DNA of 64,000 nucleotides from Thermoproteota archaeon (lineage in GTDB: Archaea; Korarchaeota; Korarchaeia; Korarchaeales; JAOZGB01). Shown here in pieces: positions 63,635 to 64,000 of the stretch. The position numbers were made by a program, and so were the translations under genes. The stretch lies in assembly GCA_037917685.1 (NCBI GenBank), contig JAVCBU010000003.1, forward strand, positions 65,941 to 129,940, given 5' to 3'. The notes beneath the pieces were generated by a model. That model saw nothing but the letters and a program-made list of their open reading frames with translations, ran no database searches and had not been told where the DNA came from. Each line of letters begins with the position of its first letter. Positions within the stretch are counted from its first letter, which is position 1.

Positions 63635-63703
63635 TTTAAGAATTTCGCTTGCAACTCTACCCTGAATGTTTGATTTATTAATTCTCAAGGGGTATATCTA
63701 CCT

Positions 63704-63763
63704 AGGCCGGTGATGAGATCTCTTGCCTGAAACAGATGAAGTCTGAACCGCAAGCTGAGGCCT
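63704..63763 (+). ncRNA. Box C/D sRNA candidate (60 nt)
   Basis: The 5' stem AGGCC (63704-08) is followed by C box GUGAUGA (63710-16), D' CUGA (63727-30), C'-like AGAUGA (63734-39) and D box CUGA (63755-58), then the 3' stem GGCCU (63759-63). A TTTATTAATT TATA-like box lies about 25 nt upstream. The site is intergenic. Confidence 0.6.
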
Positions 63764-63858
63764 TTTAAATAGTCGGCAAGCTGTTATTATTGCTCTACCA
63801 TATTCTAGGCTATACTCTAGTCTAATTCTGTCTTACTGCACACTCCCCGATTGGCATT

Positions 63859-63999
63859 TTACATTAACTCTACTGCTACGGCGTGTCCTTCGCCTCCGCC
63901 ATCGCAGAGCGTTGCCAGACCCCTCTTCAAACCTCTGACCTTCAAAGCGTTTATCAGGGTGACAACTATTCTTGCTCCACTTGCCGCCAATGGGTGACC
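63859..63999 (-). CDS. Acetyl-CoA acetyltransferase (thiolase) C-terminal end; the rest lies outside the window
   Basis: The minus frame reads [46 protein letters not shown](stop), the thiolase C-terminal signatures including the CxGGG active-site Cys. Confidence 0.8.
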   Translation of the reverse strand, partial: GHPLAASGARIVVTLINALKVRGLKRGLATLCDGGGEGHAVAVELM

Positions 64000-64000
64000 A

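Noticed and set aside
1-64000. tRNA or rRNA genes as possible integration targets for the accessory blocks
   Set aside because: I scanned the intergenic regions by eye for cloverleaf-like GC-rich 70-90-nt segments and found none. A covariance-model scan (tRNAscan-SE/Infernal) is still needed to be sure.

Overview
This is a gene-dense archaeal chromosome segment. It looks crenarchaeal and Desulfurococcales-like; that call is inferred only from protein families and about 45% GC and has not been checked. About 60 genes sit on both strands with short gaps and frequent 4-35 nt overlaps. Core information-processing genes are topoisomerase VI B/A, a family-B DNA polymerase next to an ATP-dependent DNA ligase, an EF-2-family GTPase and a Clp1-type polynucleotide kinase. 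Metabolic and housekeeping genes include TrpB2, PMM/PGM, LplA, acylphosphatase, HDAC/AcuC, isoaspartyl peptidase, FdhD and NifS/IscU. There are three radical-SAM enzymes and two KaiC/RadA-like ATPase modules. A cell-envelope block holds GT4, a CE4 deacetylase, an archaeosortase-like protein and a TlpA-like thioredoxin, and a large repeat-rich surface protein lies near the left edge. Accessory or decaying stretches are a scattered NitT/TauT-type ABC transporter in pieces, an ABC ATPase fragment, a TnpB (IS200/IS605) remnant, sufS and thiI fragments, and a VapBC pair. The strongest finding is that the EF-2-family gene is interrupted by a 22-nt insert. The flanking mRNA folds into a textbook helix-bulge-helix-bulge-helix (BHB) motif. 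Excision at the two 3-nt bulges restores the reading frame and the conserved ...[13 protein letters not shown] motif, so this is a candidate endonuclease-spliced mini-intron in a protein-coding gene. Other items worth follow-up are three C/D-box-like sRNA candidates that share a GGCCG-RUGAUGA 5' end, a macro-domain/HerA-superfamily ATPase pair behind a structured leader, a TrpB2/ParB-like pair, an archaeosortase-like gene inside a glycan locus, an orphan 562-aa P-loop ATPase with a YbjN-like partner, and two perfect tandem repeats. No tRNA, rRNA or CRISPR array was recognised. All calls come from reading the translations and sequence by eye; no searches were run.
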